Positions 12,543 through 24,370 of a stretch of DNA of 64,000 nt are shown here, in pieces. Where the stretch lies: assembly GCA_030141605.1 (NCBI GenBank), contig JAQGDQ010000686.1:33852-97851 (forward strand), written 5' to 3'. A model generated the notes under the pieces. It did not search any database. It was not told where the DNA came from and saw nothing but the letters and a program-made list of their open reading frames with translations. The DNA comes from Tubiluchus corallicola (taxonomy: Eukaryota; Animalia; Priapulida). The first letter of the stretch is position 1, and the number at the start of each line of letters is the position of its first letter. A program made the position numbers and the translations under genes.

Positions 12543-13442
12543 ATGAATAGATCTTCGTTACTGGGTGATTTTGCTACCATGAACACAACAGATAGTGGGG
12601 TTACATTTTTAGCAAAGTCTGTGATTTCAATAAAAGTTCTGCTGCTAATACTATTAGGTATTGCTATAATAGTTGGAAACTTATTAGTTCTGATTGCAGT
12701 TTGTAAGATTCCTCGTTTGCAAACTAAAACAAATGTTCTTGTTGCGTCTCTTGCTGTAACTGATTTACTTGTTGGTTTATCAACACCAGCAGAAGTGACC
12801 ACAGTGTTTTATCCAGCTGTGCTGTCAAACCAAGTGTTTGTATCGGTGCTGAACATTTTTGAAATAGGAATGGTGAATGCAAGTGCATTAAACTTGTGTC
12901 TGATAGCAGCTGAAAGATATGCGGCTGTTGTTCATCCTTTCAAGTATCACACCATCGTGAGAAAAGAAACCATTGTTGCTGCACTTTCCATTACTTGGAT
13001 TTTTGCTTTAACTGTGGCAGCACTTTGTGTTATTTTCACGTTCATTTTCAATAAACATGGACTGTTAATCGTCGATGCTACTTTAGCATTTTATTTACCG
13101 ATGTTTACGATTTTTGTACTGTATGTCCTAATTTGGAGAACTGCAAGAAGGCACGTCTTGCAGATACACAGTCAAGGTCTAGAAAGCCAGGCAAACGTGA
13201 TACAAATGAAAGCAACAAAAACTTTAGCCATTGTTACCTTTGCTTTTCTGGTATGTTGGGGTCCGTTTTCTCTGTATCAGACAGTTTGTCATATATTGTC
13301 TTATGAAGAGAATGATGAAATAAATAAGTTTTTATATGTATTTGGATTTATCAACAGTGCCATTAATCCAATCGTGTATGCACTGTCTAGCACTGATTTT
13401 AGATGGGCTTTCAAAAAAATGTTGCTTTCACGTGAATTGTAA
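12543..13442 (+). CDS. Class A orphan GPCR copy 3 (299 aa)
   Basis: Intact ORF and a close paralog of copy 2, including its flanks. Confidence 0.92.
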   Translation: MNRSSLLGDFATMNTTDSGVTFLAKSVISIKVLLLILLGIAIIVGNLLVLIAVCKIPRLQTKTNVLVASLAVTDLLVGLSTPAEVTTVFYPAVLSNQVFVSVLNIFEIGMVNASALNLCLIAAERYAAVVHPFKYHTIVRKETIVAALSITWIFALTVAALCVIFTFIFNKHGLLIVDATLAFYLPMFTIFVLYVLIWRTARRHVLQIHSQGLESQANVIQMKATKTLAIVTFAFLVCWGPFSLYQTVCHILSYEENDEINKFLYVFGFINSAINPIVYALSSTDFRWAFKKMLLSREL

Positions 13443-14187
13443 AACTTAATGCGAAAAACTTTCACGTGAATTGCTTTCATTTAATGATAACTGCGTTAAT
13501 AGCATGAAACTGAGAAACCCCACAAGTGAGCAAAATTCTTCAAATAGAGCACACATTGACCAAGTTTTTTGAAGCGGACATCCAAGTAATGTTCCAAAGA
13601 TGTGCTACAAAATTGAGTATCATTTTATGTGTAATAGATCGTCAGATTAATGAGCTTGATATAATGAAGCAGCCAAATAGTTTACACACACTTAGCAACA
13701 TATTTAAGTTGAGCAAACAATGTCCAATTATAATAGTCTAAGGTTATAGTGTTGTACGCATGTTTACTAAAACATTATTCTGGCTCGGCATATCAACAGA
13801 ACTAATCTTCCATGTTGCACAGTAGTTGCGTTACATCTTTCTGCATGTGCACTTAGCGTTTAGAAAGAGAAGGTTTGTTATCATAGCTATTATGCTTTTT
13901 AATGTATATAACATCATGCTGAATCAATACTGCGTGAGAATGATAATTTTATCATTTATACGTGTTGTGTTTGTTTCTAGCAACCTTGCAGATGGTACCA
14001 TGCATGGCCATTTTCAGATTTGCTATAGCTGGCTTTGTAGTGAGATGTAACATAAACAGTCGCAGTTGGTAACTTGTTCTGTTTTTGTAGTAAAAATTTG
14101 TAGTTCTCTAGACTTGCTTGAAGGTCTGACTTTTATTGATGACACATAAAAACTTCTCTGATCATGAACTCGACTTCGTTTTTGATT

Positions 14188-15006
14188 GATTTTACTGCAG
14201 TAAATTTAACGGAAGACGAGGCTTCGCGATTATGAGCATTGCTATAACTGTCGGAAACTTGTTAGTTCTGATGGCAGTTTGTAAGATTTCTCGTCTGCAA
14301 ACTAAAACAAATGCTCTCATTGCATCACTTGCAGTAACTGACTTGTTGGTTTATCAATGCCAGTAGAGATTACTGCAGTGTTGTATTTGGTTCTGAAATC
14401 AAATGCAGTATTTGTAGCGGTGCAGCAGGTATTTGAATTGGGATTGATATATGCAAGCATGTTTCACCTGTGTCTGATAGCAGCTGAAAGATACATAGCT
14501 GTTGTTCATCCATTCAAATATCACAGCATCATGAGAAAAGAAGCCATTGTTGCTGCACTTTGCATTACATGGATTGTTGCTTTCATTGAGGCAATTATTA
14601 ATGATATCATCAGAATCATCTTCAAAGCACAGAGTCTTTTGATTCTTGATGATATTTTAGCATTTTATTTACCATGTTCTCGATTGTTATACTGTATGTT
14701 CTAATTTGGAAAACTGCAAGAAGGCACGTTTTACAGATACACAGTCAGTATCAGGGAAGCCAGGCAAACGTGATGCAAATGAAAGCAACAAAAACTTTAG
14801 CCATTGTTACCTTTGCTTTTCTAGTATGTTGGGGACCTGAGTATGTGTATGAGACGTTTTGTTACATATTTTCTTATGAAGAGGAACATACTAGTACGAT
14901 ATCGATGCCATTTGCACTTGGATTAACCAACAGTGCCGTTAATCTAATCATATACGCATTTTCTAATACTGACTTCAAAATGGCTTTCAAGGAAATTTTG
15001 TTTTGA
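14188..15006 (+). pseudogene. GPCR copy 4, pseudogene
   Basis: The N-terminus is deleted and fused to the duplicated 3' flank of copy 3. Frameshifts in TM2 (~14345) and TM5 (~14675). NP changed to NL in TM7. Confidence 0.85.
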
Positions 15007-16692
15007 CAAACAGTGTCAGAAAATTGCATTAATCACATGCAACTAACATTCCTAACATAGAGCATACATGTAAACAGCATTTTTGAATAGGAATAGATGA
15101 TCAAACGCATTTTTCAGGCAAGTGGTTATTATATGTGCTTAGCAACCATTTAAGCAATGTTGAGACTGTCTCGATTAATGGTGACTAGTTGCAGTACTTT
15201 AGTTCTTAGCAGTTCCGTTTGGGGTTTGCAGTGTCCCGAATCATGTAATAAGCTACTGACAAGATAAATAGCAATGCCAAATTTTGTAACGATGTAAACT
15301 GACTTGTTAATAAATGCATTACAGATAAATAAATATTTAAATGATGTGAACTGTAGTAATGTCAAAATGCAGACACTAGATTTAACAATTTTTGTATATA
15401 ATGCCAAATAATGAGATTTTTCACCACCTACAATGAAGGTAGTGATCGTTTTTTGTTTAAACGTACTTATTTGTTTCCATTATCATCTGTAAAGCAGTTA
15501 TGCTACTTGACCAAAGATTTTTCTCAATGTATTGCAAACATAAACCAGTTTTGTACCCAACTAACTAGAGAAAAACTGTCTAAACAATTTGTTGATACAT
15601 TAAATAAGAGTCTGTTATTGTGTTTAAACTATATATTGTATGCACTGTTGTATCTATCTTTATTGTATTGATAGTGGTATAATATATTGATATTGAACAT
15701 GTTGTTACAATTGGTTTTTTATCGTGTTCAATGAAATGTTTGCAGTACGTAATGTTTTACCAGTCTATTCTGATCAGAAATGAAAAGAAATGAAAGGAAG
15801 TTTGCACAGGTGTGGTAATACGTACACATTTCAGACACCTAACTGTTGAAGCATTAAAGTAGTCTTTGGACAATAGTTTAACAGGTGGGATAATATGTAC
15901 ACATCACATGCATTAACTGTGGAAGTGCTCTTTCACATGGCACTTCGTTTTTATGATTGGACAGTTGTTTCCTAGGTGCTGTAGGACGTGTTATGACTCG
16001 TGTATTTCACAAATATCTCAGACTTAAATCTGCAGGCCTATGTGTAATCTTTACCTGTGTACATAATTTTTTAATCTATTAAGCTTATAATTGGTTTTAA
16101 CCACTAGCTCTCATTTATCTTTTATCATTTGCTGTGTCCAACTAACTTTATGGACATTTTCATGTGTGAAATAAAATTGAAATTTAATTCAAAACTTACG
16201 TAGGTGTGGTAATGTTTATTGTATGCATCTACGAAGTCATCCAGCCAGAAATCAGATGTCATACACCTACTGTCTAAGCTAGAGAAAATTTATTGCCACC
16301 GTCTAACAATACATATTGCTCTTGCCTAATAGCTGAAATGTTTTCGTGATCCAAAGTAAACTTACAAAGTAAAGAGCAATTGTTCTGCCGATGTGCTTTG
16401 TGTCTATAAAATTCTATGGCTAAAAACATTTTCATTGTGGCTTGTTAATATAAATGACATTATATTGGATCATTGTGAGAATGACTGTGTATAGTTTGAT
16501 TGTATTTCTGATAATGCTTTTCTTGTAAATGTATTTCCCATTTGCCATTGCAATGAAAATACAACACGGACATTTGCTAAAGTCAACTGAATGCTCGGCT
16601 ACCTGTTCATTCTGTCTTTCATGACAGGTGTGTTTATCAATGAAAATGCTCTGCTTTTGCAAACCTTTCTGACTTTTTTCGAATGCGATGCT

Positions 16693-17673
16693 ATGAACAT
16701 GAATACGTCTTCATTTTTGGTTGATTTTGCTACTATGAATACAACAGAAAACGGGGTTACATATTTAGCAAAGTCTGTGACATCAATAAAAGTTCTGCTG
16801 TTCCTCTTATTGGGTATTTCTATAATAGGTGGAAACTTTTTAGTACTGTTTGCAATTTGTAAGTTTCCTCGTTTACAAACTAAAACAAATGTTCTTGTTG
16901 CTTCACTTGCTGTAACTGATTTACTTGTTGGCTTATCTACGTCAGCAGAAGTGACCACAGTGTTGTATCCAGCTGTGGCATTAAACCAAGTGTTTGTATT
17001 GGTGCAGTACATATTTTTACTAGGAATGATGACTGCAAGTACACTAAACTTGTGTCTCATAGCAGCTGAAAGATATGTGGCTGTTGTTCATCCTTTCAAG
17101 TATCAAACCATCGTGAGAAAAGAAGCCATTGTTGCAGCACTTTGTATTTCTTGGACTTTTGCTTTAACTGAGACAGTTATTTATGTTATTTTCGTATACA
17201 TTTTGAATGCACAAAGTCTATTTTTCGTTGATGTTACTGTAACATTTTATTTACCAGTGCTAACAATTCTTGTGCTCTATGCCCTAATTTGGAAAACTGC
17301 AAGAAGGCATGTCTTACAGATACACAGTCAAGGTCTAGAAAGCCAGGCAAACGTGATACAAATGAAAGCAACAAAAACATTAGCCGTTGTTACATTTGCT
17401 TTTCTGGCATGTTGTGGTCCCATTTCTCTGTATCAGACAGTTTGTTATATATTGCCTTATGAAGAGAATCTTGAAGTAACTCATTTTTTACTTGCATTCG
17501 TATGCACCAATAGTGCCATTAATCCAATCGTGTATGCACTGTCTAGCACAGATTTTAGATGGGCTTTCAAAAAAATTTTGTTTTCGCATCAAATGTCTTG
17601 TAACTGCGTTAATAGCATAAAACTGAGAAACCGCACAAGTGAGCAAAATTCTTCAAATAGAGCACACAATTGA
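16693..17673 (+). CDS. Class A orphan GPCR copy 5 (~326 aa, extended C-tail)
   Basis: Intact ORF. CWGP is changed to CCGP and position 3.32 is Leu. C-tail SHQMSCNCVNS...RAHN. Confidence 0.85.
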   Translation: MNMNTSSFLVDFATMNTTENGVTYLAKSVTSIKVLLFLLLGISIIGGNFLVLFAICKFPRLQTKTNVLVASLAVTDLLVGLSTSAEVTTVLYPAVALNQVFVLVQYIFLLGMMTASTLNLCLIAAERYVAVVHPFKYQTIVRKEAIVAALCISWTFALTETVIYVIFVYILNAQSLFFVDVTVTFYLPVLTILVLYALIWKTARRHVLQIHSQGLESQANVIQMKATKTLAVVTFAFLACCGPISLYQTVCYILPYEENLEVTHFLLAFVCTNSAINPIVYALSSTDFRWAFKKILFSHQMSCNCVNSIKLRNRTSEQNSSNRAHN

Positions 17674-17819
17674 CCAAGTTCCTCAAAACGACCATTCCGG
17701 GAGCATAATGTTCCAGAAATGTGCTACACATCTAAGCAGCGCTTTCGTGTAGTAACCGATTGAAGATTAAAGAGCTGGAAATAAGTAACACAACTGAACA
17801 ACAATCATGAAATGGAGAA

Positions 17820-18895
17820 CAACCAAACAACAAGCCTGAAGCAGAGCACACAACTAAATAATAAGCCTGAAGCAGAGCACACAACTTAACAAGCCTGAAG
17901 CAGAGCACACAACTGAACAACAAGCCTGAAGCGGAGCACACAACTGAACAACAAGCCTGAAGCAGAGCACACAACTTAACAAGCCTGAAGCGGAGCACAC
18001 AACTGAACAACAAGCCTGAAGCGGAGCACACAACTGAACAACAAGCCTGAAGCAGAGCACACAACTGAACAACAAGCCTGGAGTGGAGCACACAACTGAA
18101 CAACAAGCCTGAAGCAGAGCACACAACTGAACAAGCCTGAAGCGGAGCACACAACTGAACAAGCCTGAAGCGGAGCACACAACCAAACAACAAGCCTGAA
18201 GCAGAGCACACAACTGAACAAGCCTGAAGCGGAGCACACAACTGAACAACAAGCCTGGAGTGGAGCACACAACTGAACAACAAGCCTGAAGCGGAGCACA
18301 CAACTGAACAATAAACCTGAAGCAGAGCACACAACTGAACAAGCCTGAAGCGGAGCACACAACTGAACAACAAGCCTGAAGCAGAGCACACAACTGAACA
18401 ATAAACCTGAAGCGGAGCAAACAACTGAACAATAAACCTGAAGCGGAGCACACAACTGAACAACAAGCCTGAAGCGGAGCACACAACTGAACAAGCCTGA
18501 AGCGGAGCACACAACTGAACAACAAGCCTGAAGCAGAGCACACAACTGAACAAGCCTGAAGCGGAGCACACAACCAAACAACAAGCCTGAAGTGGAGCAC
18601 ACAACTGAACAATAAACTAGAAGTGGAGCACACAACCAAACAACAAGCCTGAAGCGGAGCACACAACCAAACAACAAGCCTGAAGTGGAGCACACAACTG
18701 AACAACAAGCCTGGAGTGGAGCACACAACTGAACAACAAGCCTAGAAGCAGAGCACACAACTGAAGATCAAGCCTGAAGCGGAGCACACAACCAAACAAC
18801 AAGCCTGAAGCGGAGCACACAACTGAACAACAAGCCTGAAGCAGAGCACACAACTGAACAACAAGCATCTGAGGTGGAGCCCACAACGGAACAAC
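17820..18895. repeat. 31/28-bp minisatellite (AAGCCTGAAGCGGAGCACACAACTGAAC[AAC])
   Basis: About 35 tandem units downstream of GPCR copy 5. Confidence 0.95.
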
Positions 18896-18899
18896 ATTT

Positions 18900-19221
18900 T
18901 ATTTTTGGTGTGTATTCAACTGCCGAATAAATACACTATTTACTGTAAATGGTAATTTTTTATGATTTATAATTTTCTTTTAATGTTAGAATTAATATTT
19001 TTAATATATTTTTAAACATTTTGTGATTTTTGCCAAATTTATCAAATCTATACATTACTGTACAATATGTACTACGCATGTGCAAAAATGCTTTAGACGG
19101 AGTACCGCAAAACAGTGAAACAGCGAAAATACCTCGATAAATATTTTACATTAATATTTTTGAAAACCCGCAAAACAGCGAGTCCGCGATAAACGAACCG
19201 CGACGTAGCGAGGGAACATTG
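18900..19221. mobile_element. Right-end fragment of a Tc1/mariner (Tigger/pogo-like) element
   Basis: Ends ...GAACCGCGACGTAGCGAGGGAACATTG|TA, resembling pogo/Tigger TIRs with a TA target. The left end was not found. Confidence 0.45.
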
Positions 19222-19451
19222 TACAAAAAAAACATAAGTGTAGAGGTGCATCACTTGTTCACACGGGCCCGACTTGCAACCATTTTGTCTTACGGCCAAT
19301 TTGCTGGAACCGACCGTGGTCATAATTCAACGCCAACCTGTATACAAGCAGTTAAATAAAGCAAATCTTATATGCCAAACCAGGAATTTTTAATATAATA
19401 GATAAGGGGACAGAGAAAAAGAAACAAAAAGAAAAAGCTAAAATACCATAC

Positions 19452-19569
19452 TAGATGTTCTGAATGTAAAAGGGAAACAGGCAAGCGTCCGAGTGTCATT
19501 CGGCTGACCGCTGTTATACCATTCCATATATGGACAAGTGAACTGTTGGCTCGTGCTGAACACATCTAC
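19452..19569 (-). CDS. PKD1-like exon: PLAT domain part 3
   Basis: Acceptor cactag, donor gtatgg, 118 nt, phase 0-1. Encodes VDVFSTSQQFTCPYMEWYNSGQPNDTRTLACFPFTFRTS, resembling the PLAT C-terminus (VxV...FPCxxW...RxL). Phase matches exon 3210-3307. Confidence 0.68.
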
Positions 19570-20378
19570 CTAGTGATAGTGAAAAATAGTCAGTTACAAA
19601 AGCATCACATTACAAACCCATTTATAATAAGCAAATTAAAGGACAAGTAAACACTCATAAATATAATTTGAAATTTTGTGTTGCTTACATGTAGCCTTTC
19701 TACGCACAGAACTTGTATTAGCAACAACGCTGTATAAAACTTGTAAATTTAAATTCCCACAGCCATTTTGATGTTCACTCGTGCAAAACAAGTTTAGATA
19801 GTATTATGCGAAGTTTAAAAAAATAATTAGAGTAATACTAGGACACTCTTTGCTAACTAAGCAAAAGTATTCATTACTTTATACTGTCAATAAGATCAAC
19901 AATGCATTATTGTGAATCAGTGGTGCACACTGGGGTGGTAATACCGTGACATTTTACCAGGTGGCACGGACATATCAAAAATTTTCTTTTCCGATTAATT
20001 AGGTCTTTCAAACAGGTAAAGTAATGCTAAGTAATATAACCGTGCATGGAAAGTTTTTTGGGATATACATTAAAATTCCCGTTTCTTCCCTTTAAAAACA
20101 AAGAACAAAAACAGGTTTTGCTTGCAATTTTAACAACATCCTTATCACAAAACAGTCAAAAAAATCTACACCAACAAACTGCTGATAACTTAAATTTAAC
20201 TATTGAAATATCTTCGTGTCATCAGTTTGCTTTATAGGGAATAATACGGGTCAATTCTCTGTTGAACAGTGTCAAACTTCCACCATTCATATTGTGAGAA
20301 CCACTATTTTGCAGTTGCATTACTAAAGTTGGCAGATAAACAGTCACCAGCAGGGAGTCCTACAGAAAACGGAATTAC

Positions 20379-20481
20379 CTTTTTCACTATTGGCAAAGAA
20401 TCAGTTATCCCATTTCCATGCCATATGCTTACGCTCCGTACGAGTCCCAGGTATTTCAATTCAAATTTAAACTCGGCGACT
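20379..20481 (-). CDS. PKD1-like exon: PLAT domain part 2
   Basis: Acceptor ctgcag, donor gtaatt, 103 nt, phase 2-0. Encodes VAEFKFELKYLGLVRSVSIWHGNGITDSLPIVKK (F...LGxxxxxxIWHxN motif of PLAT/LH2). Confidence 0.75.
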
Positions 20482-21706
20482 CTGCAGCAGACAAACATAC
20501 ATTGAAATCACACACAAAGGAATTATATAGGAAAAGGAATGGTGGTGGGGAAAGTGAATTCTTAAAATAAAAATAACTGTCAGCACCCTCTTATGTATAA
20601 TGTAAGCATCTGTATGACGTGTATAATATGTATGAAAATTTGAGTCTTTAACCCTTTCACTACGTTGCTTTTTAACAAAGCCGCACTGGCTTTTGCACAT
20701 TTGACAATAACTTCTTGTGGTGTGTTACTAAAACAGAATCTTGTAAATAAATAAATGCGTGCATGCATGAGTGCATAAATGTGTGCACGGATGTATGTGC
20801 ATGTGTATAAATAACAAAATATTCAATATTAGTGTTTAATAACAAATGGCTATTAGTTTTATTTATACACATGCACACACATCTGTGCACACATATATGC
20901 ACTCATGCATGCACACACACGCACACCCAAACAAATAACCACATACTTAACATTTAGAAGCCAATTTTCACAAAAGTCATATTACTAATCCATAATACGC
21001 AATTATTTTATAAGAATGCAGAACAAGTGACTAAACATGTTTCACCAACTATCAACAAGCAATTTTGCATAAGAACACGCTATACAGTACAGTATATGGA
21101 ATGCACCTTGCTTCAGACACTGATTGGCCGGTTAGCGTTACTTGTTGCAAAGCAACCCCATCCCACGGCTGTTAAACTTTTCTACAATGTTTTACATGAC
21201 CATAGAAGTGAAATAAGCAGACCTGAGTGACTGCGCTTAGTGCTGATCTTGGGCGGCAGTCTACAGCCTTCCATCCGTTGCATTAAAACATAGGCGACAG
21301 TGTCCCACCTTCCGTAGTGGGTTAATAATAGGAATTGATCGTGTACTCAGCTGACAACGCGAACCAAGACGTACTTACAGACAAATGCACGAACGCAAAG
21401 AAATTAGAAAAAGACGGACAGAATTGAACAGAATTGTTAATATTAGGTTCAGGCAACAGACACTAATGAATTTTAAAATGCAAAAACTATTTGTGGTGCA
21501 CTTCATGTTCTTGTTTACGCATTTTTTGTTTAGAACGGATATTGCTTTAAATATGTTACTGTTTATACTTTAATGGTGTCACACAAGTTATGTCTAGCCT
21601 AGCTTATACTAACAATGTCATCGTAAATGACAATCATGCAGCAAAAAAAATTACGTCTAAAAAGCTTTAAACAGCCTAAATGTAAAGCTGTGCAAACTGT
21701 ACTTAC

Positions 21707-21848
21707 TCTCCAGGGACAAAACCTTGTCCATCGGGATTAAGCGTGAGCACGGAAGTGTTGCCATGGTAACCGTGTAACATCACGGAAATATTGGTGCTGT
21801 TACTGCTTTCGTTGAAGGTGTGGATTACAAGGCGATAAACAGCTGATG
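21707..21848 (-). CDS. PKD1-like exon: PLAT domain part 1
   Basis: Acceptor ttgtag, donor gtaagt, 142 nt, phase 1-2. Encodes SAVYRLVIHTFNESSNSTNISVMLHGYHGNTSVLTLNPDGQGFVPG (YxxxxxT...VxLxGxxGxT...L...FxxG). Confidence 0.78.
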
Positions 21849-22377
21849 CTACAAAATAAGAACTGCAGCTTGCAAAAATTTACTTGCTACATAATGATAT
21901 TTTTAATCTAACTAAACGTTGTGTAGAAAGTGTTTAGAATGATTCATGAAGGAGAAAATTAATTCTAAAAAGAAAACTGGATGATTGTGTAAACACGAGT
22001 TCAGAGTAAAGAATGCTCTAAAATACTGAAAACTACAATAGCTTTTTTTATATCAAAGCTTACACTAAATAATAATTACCTCGGATACTCAAATTTTGTT
22101 AAACTTTCAAAGCTACGCGCGGCTCAGTGAATCTACTAAGATTGGCAATGGGACTTTTTTTTCATGCGCGTGGCTGACAAATAGAAGGCGGTACCATGAT
22201 AAGCATGATCATGAACTACAGTGTTAGTTTCTGATGTCATATGATGTAGAGCGCATTTTCGTGACATCATGGGTTTAAACAGTAACACTTATGCAAATGT
22301 GCTTGACGCGTAAGGGAAGATGCCTGCTATTGCAAAAACTGTGGTTACTTTTTGATGCAAGCAATAGCTGTGTTCTG

Positions 22378-22463
22378 GAGAGGGAGAGAGAGGGAGAGAA
22401 GAAGAGAAAGGGAGGAAGAGAAAGAGAGGGGAGAGAGAAAGAGGAGAGAGTCGGGAGAGATAG

Positions 22464-22534
<71 letters not shown>

Positions 22535-22600
22535 GAGGGAGAGAGATAGAGAAAGAAGACAGAGAGAAAAAGTGAGAAAGAGTAAGAGTGAGAGAGTGAC
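22378..22600. repeat. (GA)n/(GATA)n microsatellite and purine-rich tract
   Basis: Seen directly in the sequence. Confidence 0.95.
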
Positions 22601-22699
22601 AAAGAACTTTTGTTGGTGTAGTGAAGGACGAGAAAAGCTATGAGAAGCCAAGCAGCTCAGTTAGTAAATAATAAAACTCTTATACAACTACTCATATAC

Positions 22700-23123
22700 C
22701 AGAATTGATCACATTAGAATTGTACAGTTTGGACACATCATCACAATCCACTGATCGGTTCTGGCAATGTTCCAGCCAGCGAGTATAGCAGGGCTGTCTC
22801 TGTATACACGAGTTGGCTCTACATCTGCTCGAATTTGAAAAACATGAAATGTCCGCACGGCTGTCACCACAGCGACTCTTGACTTTGACAAAGCACTTCT
22901 CAGCTTCCGCTCGGCATGACAACTGTGCCTTGTAACAGGAGGGAATAAGGTAACCGTTTTCATTAATCATCACACCCAAATGGTACATCGTCTGAGTGTC
23001 ATTATCATTGTGAATGGTAAGGATGTTCTCCAGTTCAGGACACTTCTGAAGATTTGGAATTTCGTGAATGTCATCTCCTTCTATTATATCATCTATAGAT
23101 GGTTTGAATTCTCTGATAACCAC
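22700..23123 (-). CDS. PKD1-like exon: GAIN-region beta strands + Cys-rich segment
   Basis: Acceptor ttttag, donor gtatat, 424 nt, phase 0-1. Encodes VVIREFKPSIDD...TMYHLGV...(10-Cys segment)...NSNVINS. Confidence 0.75.
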
Positions 23124-24370
23124 CTAAAAATAATATCAATGTTATAGGGAAAATAAGTGTGCACACCACTTGGCTTTGAGACTACAGTTTTACCATTGTT
23201 CCTACCACTGTTGTTTGGAAAACTGCTCTTGTTTGCTTACAAGTGCTTGTTCTTATATGTTATTTAATCGTAAATCGTTTCGCTTTTTATGCCAAAATTT
23301 TTGAATGTTTGAAGTTGTTGGACGAAGAATGTGAACAGCCTAACAAGTATAACAAGTATTTAAGGAAGCGTCAGTATGTCTTTATATTCTTTTCAGTATG
23401 AATGCTGATTGGACTACATGTAAAACTCAGATGTTCTTAGGCTAAAGATTAATGATTGTACCGAGTTGTAATCACCACAGGAAATGTGAAATCACTCTGA
23501 ACTCATGTCTAATGTCTCCTTAAACTGTGGATTTATGAAAGACCTATGTTTGCTGGTTGTTTTTTTTACACTAATTTTACTATTCAGTTTCTTTTATTAG
23601 TAAATCAGTAATTGTTAATAACAATAACACATTTATTGACGATTTACAAGCCATGCAATTGTCTATAGTATGGCTAGCATCTTGCCCAATTGGCCATGTA
23701 ATTAGCTAAAGTAGGCTTCTTTCATAGATGTATATATAACATAGTAATTTTTGTGTGGCAAAAGGCCTAGCTAGCCAGAAGCCACATGATGCTGACAATC
23801 GCTACGTTGCTCCTTTGCTTATTATCGAGGATGACCATGGGCACAGTATAATTAGGTATGTCTAAAGTCTTTCTGTATTAGAACTAACGTATACATTTAA
23901 AGTAATCATGTCGTAATTTAGTCATATTGTAATGTCTTTCCTATTTACTAAAATGTAGGTCTCATATAATAGACTTTTATTCCTAAACATGTACTAATTA
24001 CTCTTGTTTCATCATCATTGTAAATATCATCATTGTAAAAATGTAATATTCATCAATAATTATGCGAATATTTTAATTACTTGTTCTTTTTTTAGATATA
24101 AAAGTAAAAGTAAATACATTTTGCTACAAATTAAACTCAATTCAGTATTTGTTTGCATCGAAAATTGCGAACATAATTGAATTCGGGGCATTCAGTTGCC
24201 CAGGTTTTGCTCTCCCGCCTACTTGTACAGAAATTCAAACTTTTTACATTCAGTTGAAAAGTTAAAAACATTCAACTACATCGTTAAAATGAGATAAAAT
24301 ATATAAATTATTTCGAAGAATAAAAATCAACCATTCATCATAATCAAATCAAGCGTTTTTCACAACTTAC

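Noticed and set aside
7896-17060. Recurrent - strand ORFs of 100-150 aa overlapping the GPCR 5' halves
   Set aside because: They are antisense shadows repeated only because the GPCRs are duplicated.
17732-18886. Three long Cys/Leu-rich - strand ORFs (260-290 aa)
   Set aside because: All three frames are open only because the 31/28-bp minisatellite unit has no stop codon on that strand.
19452-19569. C-type lectin reading of WYNSGQPND
   Set aside because: The other CTL motifs are absent, and phase and sequence fit the end of the PLAT domain better.
20647-20670. piggyBac-like end TTAACCCTTT
   Set aside because: No matching second terminus nearby.
21100-21330. Possible conserved-domain SINE (Deu-like cttgggcggcagtctacagc)
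   Set aside because: The resemblance is short, and I found no tRNA A/B boxes, tail or TSD.
22192-22374. Possible extra polycystin exon (EHSYCLHQK...) after the (CT)n tract
   Set aside because: The acceptor is good and the entry is phase 1, but there is an in-frame TAA at 22289-22291 and the earlier donor has the wrong phase. It is not needed for the model.
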